The notes below the pieces were generated by a model, which made no database searches, was not told the DNA's origin, and worked only from the letters and a program-made list of their open reading frames with translations. Both the position numbers and the translations under genes were made by a program. From IMG/VR virus record IMGVR_UViG_3300045988_140747: a DNA stretch of 64,000 bases; one strand, given 5' to 3'. Positions 1 through 7,699 of this stretch are shown here, piece by piece (position 1 is the stretch's first letter; each line of letters starts with the position of its first letter). The DNA comes from a virus.

Positions 1-194
1 CTTTTTTTTGCGTTTCCGATAAAAAGAGCGGCAAATAAAAGCCAGATGATCATCCTAGTCAAGTGCATATCATCATCTGAAAATCCGGAAATAATTGCAA
101 TTATCACACAGCCAACCGCAATCTTCCCTCTAATTGTTCCTTTAATTATGCTTATGATGCTGTTCGTGTCAACATTACTATGATCTCGGCTCAT
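1..194 (-). CDS. small membrane protein, 3' end beyond window edge
   Basis: ATG (cat at 192-194) with GGAGGA 6 nt upstream on the minus strand (tcctcc 201-206). Reads MSRDHSNVDTNSIISIIKGTIRGKIAVGCVIIAIISGF..., hydrophobic segments. Open to position 1. Confidence 0.5.
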   Translation of the reverse strand, partial: MSRDHSNVDTNSIISIIKGTIRGKIAVGCVIIAIISGFSDDDMHLTRMIIWLLFAALFIGNAKK

Positions 195-372
195 TACGAT
201 TCCTCCTTTATTTTAACACAGTATACCATATTTTCTCCGTACAATGAAACTGCAATTTTTAACAAAGTTTATCAAGAAACTTGTTTGATACAACGGTTAA
301 TGATTGCCATTCGGAAATATTTAGTAAAATACAATAACTTTCGCAAATATTTTGCTTAATTGCCAAAATCTA

Positions 373-400
373 TTGACATGGCAATTGTTTGTGGTACGAT
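373..400 (+). promoter_or_regulatory. conserved phage promoter cassette, copy 1
   Basis: TTGACA 373-378, 16-nt spacer, TGG + TACGAT 395-400. An A-rich leader and GGAGGA precede the ATG at 443. Confidence 0.7.
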
Positions 401-442
401 AAAGTTACGAAAAAATACATCAGAATAACGGAGGACCACAAA

Positions 443-607
443 ATGTACGCTGTTGTAGCCGTTTACCCAAAAGGAGATCGGGTTCTGGTTGGATTTGCTA
501 ACAGCCAGACCGATGTTGATGGTCTGGTTTGTGACTGCATCAATACGAACGGGCGCAAAAACCTCGAAAATGCAGGGATCAGAATCTGCGTAGAGTTGGC
601 ATGTTGA
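443..607 (+). CDS. hypothetical protein (54 aa)
   Basis: Start refined inside ORF 389..607 to the ATG 7 nt after ACGGAGGA. Lies downstream of promoter copy 1. Confidence 0.6.
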   Translation: MYAVVAVYPKGDRVLVGFANSQTDVDGLVCDCINTNGRKNLENAGIRICVELAC

Positions 608-659
608 TTTTTTTTCGGAGTAAAGTTACCGATCGGCAACAGAAACGGAGGACTTGGAA

Positions 660-800
660 ATGCTGTATGATTTGTTGGTTGATCTGATTTGCGCAAGCAC
701 TCAGAAAGACAAAGAACGCGCATATCGACAGCTTGAACGAATTGGCGTTGATCGGGCTACCGCAAACGCTCTTGCTGCCGATATCAAAGCCGGAATGTAA
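660..800 (+). CDS. hypothetical protein (46 aa)
   Basis: Not in the ORF track (<60 aa). ATG 660 lies 7 nt after ACGGAGGA. Reads MLYDLLVDLICASTQKDKERAYRQLERIGVDRATANALAADIKAGM. Its stop abuts the RBS of the next gene. Confidence 0.5.
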   Translation: MLYDLLVDLICASTQKDKERAYRQLERIGVDRATANALAADIKAGM

Positions 801-810
801 GGAGGCTCTC

Positions 811-1053
811 ATGGAGCATGAGTTCATAAGCGACAAGCTTGCTTGCTTTAGGATCAGCGTAACTGATCGAATCTGGTTCTTCAAGCATGATGGCGTTGTT
901 AAAGCTATCGCTGTGCCTGATGGGCTCCACGTCACCCTGAGCGGACGATCCGATAGAGAAGTTATCAAACTGATGAGCGAACGCCCGTTCGGAAAATCGT
1001 ATCCGTCACATGTTCGATGCGCCGTTCTGAGCGTGTTTCGCAATTGGCTATAA
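811..1053 (+). CDS. hypothetical protein (80 aa)
   Basis: ATG 811 lies 5 nt after TAAGGAGG (798-805), inside ORF 733..1053. Confidence 0.65.
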   Translation: MEHEFISDKLACFRISVTDRIWFFKHDGVVKAIAVPDGLHVTLSGRSDREVIKLMSERPFGKSYPSHVRCAVLSVFRNWL

Positions 1054-1066
1054 AAGGAGAAGGAAA

Positions 1067-1615
1067 ATGGATAAGAAAACGCTGAGGAAAGAACTTGAAA
1101 GCAGTATGCCTCTCGAGCTGGTTCTCGACCTGACTACCGGCCAGTGCGGCTGTACGATTTATAAGGGAGTTGGCTTTGACGATGATCCATCTAAGTTCCC
1201 GGATCACATCTGCTACATCCCCGATATGGAGTTGAATGATATTCCGTACAATAAGCCTTTCTTGTCGGATGAAGAAAGAAACACCATCCTCGAATACTGC
1301 TACACCTTCCAAGACTTCATCGACCTGTGCCACGGTGACGTCAACAAGGCAAAGATTGTTTACGACAACTGCGACTGGCAGCAGCCGTCTTCAGAATATG
1401 AGGAAATGAAGCAGATTGGATGGGGCGACGACTATGAGCAGCCGTGGCACGCAGTAACCAGATGGTGCGCCGATGATGTGATTGGAATCGCAAAATCCGC
1501 CGGGATCGAGATGACTGATGAACAAGCCGAAGATTGGTGGAGAGAACATGAACGGGGATTTCGGCAGATGATGGTTCAGGCCGGAAATGAAATCCTCGAG
1601 ACTATGATTAAATGA
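1067..1615 (+). CDS. hypothetical protein (182 aa)
   Basis: AAGGAG 1054-1059 upstream. Acidic, Trp-rich C-terminal half. No motif recognised. Confidence 0.75.
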   Translation: MDKKTLRKELESSMPLELVLDLTTGQCGCTIYKGVGFDDDPSKFPDHICYIPDMELNDIPYNKPFLSDEERNTILEYCYTFQDFIDLCHGDVNKAKIVYDNCDWQQPSSEYEEMKQIGWGDDYEQPWHAVTRWCADDVIGIAKSAGIEMTDEQAEDWWREHERGFRQMMVQAGNEILETMIK

Positions 1616-1741
1616 ACCCGGGCTTGCTTTTATACTGGTTGATTCACACACTCCATCATCTCGGAAAAGATAAGAAGCTCACAGCTTGTTTTCTGCCCAG
1701 AGCGGCAAATGCGCAAAATATTTTCGTCGATACGCCGAAAT

Positions 1742-1769
1742 TTGACATGATCGGTAGGTGTGCTACGAT
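1742..1769 (+). promoter_or_regulatory. conserved phage promoter cassette, copy 2
   Basis: TTGACA 1742-1747, 16-nt spacer (tgatCGGTAGgtgTGc), TACGAT 1764-1769. Confidence 0.7.
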
Positions 1770-1812
1770 AACGTTACGAAAACACACACCAACGAAAATA
1801 TGGAGGTTCAAC

Positions 1813-2142
1813 ATGAAGAACATATCCTTAAAAAGCCATTACGAAAAGCGCCCCACCAACTGCGTTATGCTCCATGAGATGTCTCCAGACTCCTACTGCA
1901 TCGGACTCGTCCACCCGGGAGAGGAGGATGAGCGGGAGATCTACTGGGACATGAGTAATGGCAATATCTATATCGAGCTGAGAGACCCGGATTTTGAGAA
2001 CAGCACTGACTGCTTCGGAATCAAGAACGGCAGGCGCGCTTCCTTTGGTTGGTTTTCCCTAATCGGAAACTGCAAGAGCGAAGATCGCTTTGACGCCGAA
2101 GAAGAGATGCAGCGGCTGATCGAAAATGCAGAGCTTCTGTAA
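1813..2142 (+). CDS. hypothetical protein (109 aa)
   Basis: ATG 1813 lies 6 nt after TGGAGG. The upstream part of ORF 1612..2142 covers the promoter, so it was trimmed. Confidence 0.7.
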   Translation: MKNISLKSHYEKRPTNCVMLHEMSPDSYCIGLVHPGEEDEREIYWDMSNGNIYIELRDPDFENSTDCFGIKNGRRASFGWFSLIGNCKSEDRFDAEEEMQRLIENAELL

Positions 2143-2158
2143 AAATTGGAGGATAAAA

Positions 2159-2656
2159 ATGCTTACTGATGAAATGATTGCTCGAAAGATCGTTTTGGAT
2201 CAAAACAATGGATTTTCCTTGTGCCCTCGTTGCGGCGGGAGGATGCCGGATCCTGTAACTCATGGGGCACTGAGCCGTCATGCTAGTGGCGTATACATCT
2301 GCGAGATGTGCGGCATGGATGAGGCTCTCCGAGACTGGAAGGGGAATGCGTTGCCGTTATCTTCGTGGAAGCTTGTTCGCAGCCGTAGATATATGCACGA
2401 CAAGAAAAAAGCGGAGATCAATGTCGTGGCCGATCAGCCCTCCGGCGGCGTTAAGAACCTGCGATCCATCGGTATGGACTACTTCGGCCGCGAAGTGTTT
2501 GTCGATGAACTGGGCATGGCTTGGAAATACACCGAACCCGGTGCAATGCCACGGGAGCGGCACGACAAGGTTTATACTGCGTCCGGCAATGACCGGGACG
2601 GCGAACCCAGCCTGCCGATGTCGGATGAGTTTGACTACCGGATTATCGACAATTGA
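2159..2656 (+). CDS. hypothetical zinc-ribbon protein (165 aa)
   Basis: ATG 2159 follows TTGGAGGA. CPRCGG...CEMCG cysteine pairs near the N-terminus. Confidence 0.7.
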   Translation: MLTDEMIARKIVLDQNNGFSLCPRCGGRMPDPVTHGALSRHASGVYICEMCGMDEALRDWKGNALPLSSWKLVRSRRYMHDKKKAEINVVADQPSGGVKNLRSIGMDYFGREVFVDELGMAWKYTEPGAMPRERHDKVYTASGNDRDGEPSLPMSDEFDYRIIDN

Positions 2657-2671
2657 CAGGAGGACTAAGCC

Positions 2672-3112
2672 ATGAAGATTATTTCCGGCAAGACCGAGAT
2701 CGCTGCAGCAATCAATTTCGGTCGGTATCCTGTTATCCGAATTGACATGAGTCAGACCGACGACTACGGCGTTATTGGCGCTCCGGTCAGAATTGACAAT
2801 GGCACATTCTCGACAGGTGAGCCGTATTTTGTCCGCTGCCATCTCCGTATATTCAAGGATGAAAACAATCTGGTATTCAATGCAGACGGAGTCGCCCTGA
2901 AAGCGGACCTTAGCTACAAAGACTACGAGCGGATGTTGGAATACGCCAACGCTCCGATCATAAAGCCCGATCAAGACATCATGGTTTGCATGGTAGACAG
3001 CAAGCGTTGCTTTGTTTGTGCGCCCGTTGTCTTGCGGACGGGGAAGCGCGTTGATCCATACTGCGTAACCCCGCTTGATCTGGAGCCGTGCAATATTCCC
3101 GGCTTTGATTAA
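2672..3112 (+). CDS. hypothetical protein (146 aa)
   Basis: AGGAGG 2658-2663 lies 8 nt upstream. Confidence 0.75.
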   Translation: MKIISGKTEIAAAINFGRYPVIRIDMSQTDDYGVIGAPVRIDNGTFSTGEPYFVRCHLRIFKDENNLVFNADGVALKADLSYKDYERMLEYANAPIIKPDQDIMVCMVDSKRCFVCAPVVLRTGKRVDPYCVTPLDLEPCNIPGFD

Positions 3113-3201
3113 ATTGGAGCACGACCTACTGAAGATAATCAAGAAGTTAATCAAGGCCTTGTATAGATGCTCTAATAAATTGCGGTATATCGCAATTTTA
3201 T

Positions 3202-3229
3202 TTGACTAGGTTGGTGGTTGTGCTACGAT
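3202..3229 (+). promoter_or_regulatory. conserved phage promoter cassette, copy 3
   Basis: TTGACT 3202-3207, 16-nt spacer, TGc + TACGAT 3224-3229. Confidence 0.65.
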
Positions 3230-3278
3230 ATAGTCGTAGAAAAACTACACATTATCGGAAAACAGGAGAATTTAACTC

Positions 3279-3560
3279 ATGAAAACTTCTGAAGTTCGCA
3301 GCTCTCTCCTCAATCTCGCTGAAAAACTTGACAGCCAGTGGGCATACGCCAGCCAGCTTGCAAGGAGACAGGAGATCGAAGGGCTTACTCTGTATGATGA
3401 TGAAGGGAAGCCATTCCCTAATGCTGCGCAGATCTCGTATCGCGGGATGACATCCGCCTTCGAATCGCTTGGAGGAGAGTGGCACAGGAAGATCAATGGT
3501 AGCCATCGGCTTTGCCTGTATGGCATGTACGTTGAAACCTATCCAGATGATGAGGTGTGA
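3279..3560 (+). CDS. hypothetical protein (93 aa)
   Basis: CAGGAG RBS. First gene after promoter copy 3. Confidence 0.7.
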   Translation: MKTSEVRSSLLNLAEKLDSQWAYASQLARRQEIEGLTLYDDEGKPFPNAAQISYRGMTSAFESLGGEWHRKINGSHRLCLYGMYVETYPDDEV

Positions 3561-3562
3561 AT

Positions 3563-3901
3563 ATGTTTGATCTGCGAGAACACAAGGGTCTCATTCGTCG
3601 TTTGGTTTCCGAGGCGAACAAAAATGATGCCATTTGGCACTGGTCGCTAAAAGCTCTCAGCAAGACCAAGGCTAGCATCTTCTGGAGTTATCTGGAGTAC
3701 GGAGGCCAGAAGCCGTGTTTCACAATTGAGCTTGACGAGACTGAAGACGACTGCATGATCCGCGCGAAGGACGAGCACGGAGACACCCTCAACTGCGAGA
3801 TGGTTGAGTGCAAAGACCTGCCTCACCTGAATACGCCGATCGAAGAGGCGATCAAGATGATGGCCTACACGATCATCAATACGGCTCACAGTTGCTACTG
3901 A
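3563..3901 (+). CDS. hypothetical protein (112 aa)
   Basis: ATG 3563 lies 7 nt after GAGG (3552-3555). A GTG at 3557 is an alternative start. Confidence 0.7.
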   Translation: MFDLREHKGLIRRLVSEANKNDAIWHWSLKALSKTKASIFWSYLEYGGQKPCFTIELDETEDDCMIRAKDEHGDTLNCEMVECKDLPHLNTPIEEAIKMMAYTIINTAHSCY

Positions 3902-3915
3902 TTGGAGGCTTTGAA

Positions 3916-4512
3916 ATGGATAGCAAGATATTCGATCTGAATGCGGCATTTATTGTGTCCACTGAGTCCAGAAAGTTTCTCGTAGTCATAGAAAACTGCA
4001 ATATTGAATCAGATATTCTGTTTCAGCTCTGCCAACGCATCGTAACTCTCGAAGATGAAGGCTGTGTTGTCACCGGTGTTGTCAGAATCCTTTCTGACGG
4101 AACCAGACCCCGGGTTGCTTTTCGCGGAACAAAAGAGTACAAATCTGCAAAGCGGAACGCGCACAAGTCCTCTGATGCTCTTACTGGTCGGTATGCCAAG
4201 CTCGCTGCCGACCTGAAAGCTGCCTATGAGTACGGCAAGGCACACATGGGTACTGACGATGGCGGGACCTGCAACTTCGATTCTCCGACGCTGTACCTTC
4301 CAAGATGGAACAAGGAACAGGTCAAGGCTGCTGTTAAAGCCGCCGGGCTCAACAGCTTTGAATGGAAACCGTTTGGCAGGCAGAGGGCGTTCTTGGTTGT
4401 GTCTGTCCCATGCGCTGGTCAGGGCTATACAAGAACGAATGCGGCCGAGGCGATGAGTAAGCGACTTGGAGAACTTGGTTACGACTCTGGGATGTACTAC
4501 CAGATGGACTGA
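3916..4512 (+). CDS. hypothetical protein (198 aa)
   Basis: ATG 3916 lies 7 nt after TGGAGG. The upstream part of ORF 3808..4512 overlaps the previous gene out of context. Confidence 0.7.
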   Translation: MDSKIFDLNAAFIVSTESRKFLVVIENCNIESDILFQLCQRIVTLEDEGCVVTGVVRILSDGTRPRVAFRGTKEYKSAKRNAHKSSDALTGRYAKLAADLKAAYEYGKAHMGTDDGGTCNFDSPTLYLPRWNKEQVKAAVKAAGLNSFEWKPFGRQRAFLVVSVPCAGQGYTRTNAAEAMSKRLGELGYDSGMYYQMD

Positions 4513-4518
4513 CTCCGC

Positions 4519-4541
4519 AAAAGGCTCTACAGCCTTTTTAA
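4519..4541 (+). terminator. rho-independent terminator
   Basis: AAGGCT (4521-4526) / AGCCTT (4531-4536) stem, CTAC loop, then TTTTA. Confidence 0.55.
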
Positions 4542-4645
4542 TGATTCGTTAGATACCATCACTCATTGGAAAAATGTTAAATGATTTCACGAATTGCTGA
4601 AAACCTCAACAATCGAAAAATGGACTGAAACACGTCGTTTTCCTA

Positions 4646-4673
4646 TTGACATGGTCGGTAGTTCTGGTACGAT
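4646..4673 (+). promoter_or_regulatory. conserved phage promoter cassette, copy 4
   Basis: TTGACA 4646-4651, spacer tggtCGGTAGTTcTGG, TACGAT 4668-4673. Confidence 0.7.
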
Positions 4674-4716
4674 ACGTTTATCGAAAAACATTACGAATTA
4701 TCGGAGGATTTCAATT

Positions 4717-5010
4717 ATGACTACTTACCGTGAACTTATCGCCCGCCGTGATGAATTTGAATTTATGAGTGTTAGCTGGAGAGGAGTCAACAGTCTCATT
4801 CAGGAGTACCTCAAGGCTCAAATCATCGCCGGTCACATGGAGTTCGCCCGGATGGTTATCGGGGATCTGTGCGATGCCGCAGAATCTGGAGCTTACGACA
4901 ATGACTCGTATTTCAAGAGCATGTATGACGAATGGGTCAGTTGGTTTAAGTTTTGGGGATACAGTGAACAGGCTGACGAACTTGTCGATTTTGTCAACGA
5001 ACCTGCATGA
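4717..5010 (+). CDS. hypothetical protein (97 aa)
   Basis: ATG 4717 follows TCGGAGGA. ORF 4594..5010 was trimmed because it spans the promoter. Confidence 0.7.
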   Translation: MTTYRELIARRDEFEFMSVSWRGVNSLIQEYLKAQIIAGHMEFARMVIGDLCDAAESGAYDNDSYFKSMYDEWVSWFKFWGYSEQADELVDFVNEPA

Positions 5011-5064
5011 TCGGGTCGAAGAGATCGATGGTTGCGCCTTGCTTTACCAACGGAGGAATGAAAC

Positions 5065-5322
5065 ATGAAAAAGGCTGATATAGAACTGATCCATATCGGA
5101 TTGAACACTTTGTCAATCTCTCTCGATACGAACTGGTCCATAATGAACGGACAGAGCGCTAACCCTGAAGAGAAAAACGCCAGCAAGGAGCGGTATCACG
5201 GGATGCTCAAAACGCTCTGTTTCATGGGCGGTGACTGGGCTGTGGATGAAAATGGAAAGCACCGCGTTTTTCTGGCCGGGATGTCCAGCCAAGACGTTGA
5301 TAAATACGTCGGAGAAGAATGA
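5065..5322 (+). CDS. hypothetical protein (85 aa)
   Basis: CGGAGGA RBS lies 8 nt upstream. Confidence 0.7.
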   Translation: MKKADIELIHIGLNTLSISLDTNWSIMNGQSANPEEKNASKERYHGMLKTLCFMGGDWAVDENGKHRVFLAGMSSQDVDKYVGEE

Positions 5323-5414
5323 TCCGCCTGATGATGACCGCCGGCACCGGTCGAAACACCCGAAAGGGTGTCGCGGAAGCCAAACCGCAATGAAAAATCA
5401 AGGAGGATTTTACT

Positions 5415-5627
5415 ATGGAAAACAAAAATGCCGTTGCCGTTCACGAGTGGAAGGATGATCCTAACTGCTTCCTGCGGATGCTGAATAGCCCTGCACAGCA
5501 GCGGAGCCGCGCAGCCCGCCGCCAGAAGGATGCTGACCAGGAGAGGTTCAACAACGTCCTGAACGCCGTTGCCATCGGCGCAGCAGCCTTTGCCGTCACC
5601 CTGCTCGTTATCTGCTTCGTTCTCTGA
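5415..5627 (+). CDS. small C-terminally membrane-anchored protein (70 aa)
   Basis: AAGGAGGA RBS. C-terminal hydrophobic helix AVAIGAAAFAVTLLVICFVL. Confidence 0.7.
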   Translation: MENKNAVAVHEWKDDPNCFLRMLNSPAQQRSRAARRQKDADQERFNNVLNAVAIGAAAFAVTLLVICFVL

Positions 5628-5633
5628 TGGATG

Positions 5634-5777
5634 ATGGCAATGAATCCGATGTATGATTGCTCAGGTTTGCTTGACCGGTTCGGCGGTGTAACGGAGCCGC
5701 CTGACGACCGGGATGTTGAAGATGAACCTGAATGGCAGCGGCCGGAAGAAGCTGATGCTGTTTGCTGGGATGGTTAA
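5634..5777 (+). CDS. small acidic protein (47 aa), tentative
   Basis: Below ORF-track cutoff. Reads MAMNPMYDCSGLLDRFGGVTEPPDDRDVEDEPEWQRPEEADAVCWDG. It exactly fills the gap between neighbouring genes, but there is no clear RBS. Confidence 0.35.
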   Translation: MAMNPMYDCSGLLDRFGGVTEPPDDRDVEDEPEWQRPEEADAVCWDG

Positions 5778-5789
5778 GGAGGTCTACTT

Positions 5790-6215
5790 ATGTTGAACAA
5801 TGGGAAAAACGAAATGCAAGAAAAGAAATTTGAGGTCTTTGCGCAGATTCGCGCCGCTCTGACCCAGCAGGACATCGATGACATCATGGTGTCCGCCCTC
5901 GAAGGCGGCATCAACTACTGGTGCAGGCGCGTTGTCGTGCAGGGTGACTACCTCGGAGAGTATGCCAGCGAGCAGATTTCGCGTGGCGGAAAGCTCGCTG
6001 TCTGGCTCGATGAGCCGTTCGAGGATAACAAGACCTGCTATATACTCGACCGCGACAAGTTCCTTTACGGCTTCAAGCTGTGGCTTGAGAACGCTCACGC
6101 CAACTGTGATGTCGTTGACAATGTTGATGGCTCCGTTGACTGCGGACAGATTGATGCCATCTGCGCAGATGAGATTATCCAGCACGCGCTTTTCGGCGAT
6201 CTGGTGTTTGGCTGA
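5790..6215 (+). CDS. hypothetical protein (141 aa)
   Basis: TAAGGAGG lies 8 nt upstream. Confidence 0.75.
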   Translation: MLNNGKNEMQEKKFEVFAQIRAALTQQDIDDIMVSALEGGINYWCRRVVVQGDYLGEYASEQISRGGKLAVWLDEPFEDNKTCYILDRDKFLYGFKLWLENAHANCDVVDNVDGSVDCGQIDAICADEIIQHALFGDLVFG

Positions 6216-6231
6216 GAAGGGAGGTGGGCTC

Positions 6232-6582
6232 ATGAGCTATACCCCGCCAGAAAAAATGACCATCGAACAGCTCAAAGCAGAGGTCGATGCTTCCTTTGAG
6301 GAGTGGGAACGCATCAAAGAGAATGGGTGTCAAGATCCATCATGGCCTGATGGAGTCAACATGAACCTTGTGCGGAACCACATTATTTTTTGGTATCAGT
6401 ATCTTCAGGAGAGGATCTCTGCTTCGAATGAACAGCTTTCTCTCTTTGACGTGAACAACGATCCAATCGACAAACGCCCTGTTCCACCCGTTGTTCCAAA
6501 TGCCTACATGGCTCCAAATGGAAAGCATTCTCACCGCCTTGACAACGACCCTATGTGGCCTAACATCGTCCACGATATCTAA
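6232..6582 (+). CDS. hypothetical protein (116 aa)
   Basis: ATG 6232 follows GAAGGGAGGTGG. The first 118 codons of ORF 5878..6582 are an out-of-frame overlap of the previous gene. Confidence 0.7.
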   Translation: MSYTPPEKMTIEQLKAEVDASFEEWERIKENGCQDPSWPDGVNMNLVRNHIIFWYQYLQERISASNEQLSLFDVNNDPIDKRPVPPVVPNAYMAPNGKHSHRLDNDPMWPNIVHDI

Positions 6583-6599
6583 CACAAAGGAGAAGTACT

Positions 6600-7223
6600 A
6601 TGAAGAAAATCAAAGTTAAACTGACATTCAAGGAACCTATTCTCGGCACTTGGCCGGCTAATCCCAATGTTGCGCGAGAGTTTATCGCATCGAAGTCCCC
6701 TGATGCTACTACCGTTGAAGATGAAATCGCTGCCCTTGGAGCCGATGCGGTGGCAGACAAAGGGATGACTGTTTTCCCAAGAGATCCCGATGGACGCCCG
6801 ATTTTTTACGATTACCAAATTAAGGGGTTCTTTAAGGACTCCTGTGGTATGCTCTCCAGAATCGGCGGCAAGACCGAAACTGGAAAGAAAAAGGCCGTGA
6901 ATGAGTCTGGAAGGATTACGGCTTACAAGAAGACTATTGACGGGTTGATCTTCGTTGAACCACGCATGATCCCCATTGTGTTTGATGGGGAAATTGGTGA
7001 TTGTCAGCGCCCTCTCCGCGCACAGACAGCGCAGGGTGAGCGCGTCAGCCTCACCAACAGTGAAGAAATCCCTGCAGGAGCTACCTGCGAATTCTCCATC
7101 GTTCTCCTTGATGAAAGCCACGAAAAGGCTGTTCTGGAATGGATGGATTATGGCTCTTTACGTGGTATCGGCCAGTGGCGAAATTCAGGCAAGGGACGTT
7201 TCGACTACGAAATTGTAAAATGA
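6600..7223 (+). CDS. RAMP-like (Cas7/Csm3-style RRM fold) protein, 207 aa
   Basis: AAGGAG RBS. C-terminal glycine-rich loop GIGQWRNSGKGRF (7164-7202) fits the RAMP signature GhGxxxxxGxG. FPRDPDGRPIFYDYQIKGFFKDSCG (6774-6848) resembles the Csm3/Cmr4 motif (d.G.P.IPgSslKG.lR). Confidence 0.45.
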   Translation: MKKIKVKLTFKEPILGTWPANPNVAREFIASKSPDATTVEDEIAALGADAVADKGMTVFPRDPDGRPIFYDYQIKGFFKDSCGMLSRIGGKTETGKKKAVNESGRITAYKKTIDGLIFVEPRMIPIVFDGEIGDCQRPLRAQTAQGERVSLTNSEEIPAGATCEFSIVLLDESHEKAVLEWMDYGSLRGIGQWRNSGKGRFDYEIVK

Positions 7224-7453
7224 ATGCTATGGCACGGCTAAGCCTCGACTCGCAACGACAAGCAAAGGCAAAGCTCGGAGAAGCCCCGAAACGCAGTGGC
7301 CATGATGTGAAGCAAACCGCACAGCAACGGCTTCGATATGAAATGGGAAGCACTGCTATGGAGAGGAAAAGCAAAAAGACGATGCGCATAGCCAAGTCGT
7401 TGTATAGCAAAGATAAGAAATGCGAGGAATGCTCACCGACGCAACTGCAGTGA
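7220..7453 (+). CDS. small basic Lys/Arg/Gln-rich protein (77 aa), tentative
   Basis: ATG 7220 overlaps the stop of 6600..7223 (ATGA coupling). Reads MNAMARLSLDSQRQAKAKLGEAPKRSG... It lies in a purine-rich repeat-bearing region, so coding status is uncertain. Confidence 0.35.
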   Translation: MNAMARLSLDSQRQAKAKLGEAPKRSGHDVKQTAQQRLRYEMGSTAMERKSKKTMRIAKSLYSKDKKCEECSPTQLQ

Positions 7454-7699
7454 ACAGCTGAGAATATCCAGGAAGTGCGGCGCAAAGGCAAGGAATGGCA
7501 AAGAGATGCAGCGGCATTGCCTAGAGAGGTAAGGAACGGCTATGGCATTGCGTAGAACTGACCAGCAAAGAGAAGAACAGCATTGAAAAGGCATGGCTTG
7601 GTGGGTCGTCGCAAGGGCACAGCTCGGAGAGGAAGTGCCTCGCGCAGCAAAAGCAGAGTATAGAGATGAACTGCAAAGGCAAAATGGAGGTTGAACAAC
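7454..7699 (+). other. purine-rich non-coding stretch with degenerate repeats
   Basis: No ORF over 33 codons. GCAAAGGCAA occurs at 7262, 7482 and 7673. AGCTCGGAGA occurs at 7272 and 7621. GGAAGTGC occurs at 7471 and 7631. Confidence 0.4.

Noticed and set aside
629-642. 14-nt exact match CCGATCGGCAACAG at 629-642 and 48361-48374
   Set aside because: In 64 kb, several exact 14-mer coincidences are expected by chance (about 2e9 position pairs against 2.7e8 possible 14-mers). The flanks do not align, and the core is a simple CCGATCGG palindrome.
2357-3154. 265-codon minus-strand ORF
   Set aside because: It is antisense to two + strand genes with good RBSs. It has no RBS and a low-complexity composition typical of shadow ORFs. 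The same reasoning applies to the minus-strand ORFs 8544..9089, 9530..10075, 18539..19225, 20119..20751, 22456..23079, 31770..32474, 35942..36631, 37260..37904, 38830..39621, 40685..41323, 49401..50156, 51399..52121, 52021..52755 and 60991..61815.
5878-6582. 234-codon ORF suggesting one large protein
   Set aside because: Its first 118 codons lie out of frame over the well-supported 5790..6215 gene and have an odd Ser/Thr/Ala-rich composition. A strong RBS and ATG at 6232 define the real 116-aa gene.
7224-7699. Possible CRISPR mini-array next to the RAMP-like gene
   Set aside because: The repeats are short (10 nt exact) or degenerate, irregularly spaced (220 and 191 nt), and lack the identical 25-40 nt repeat units separated by unique spacers that define an array.
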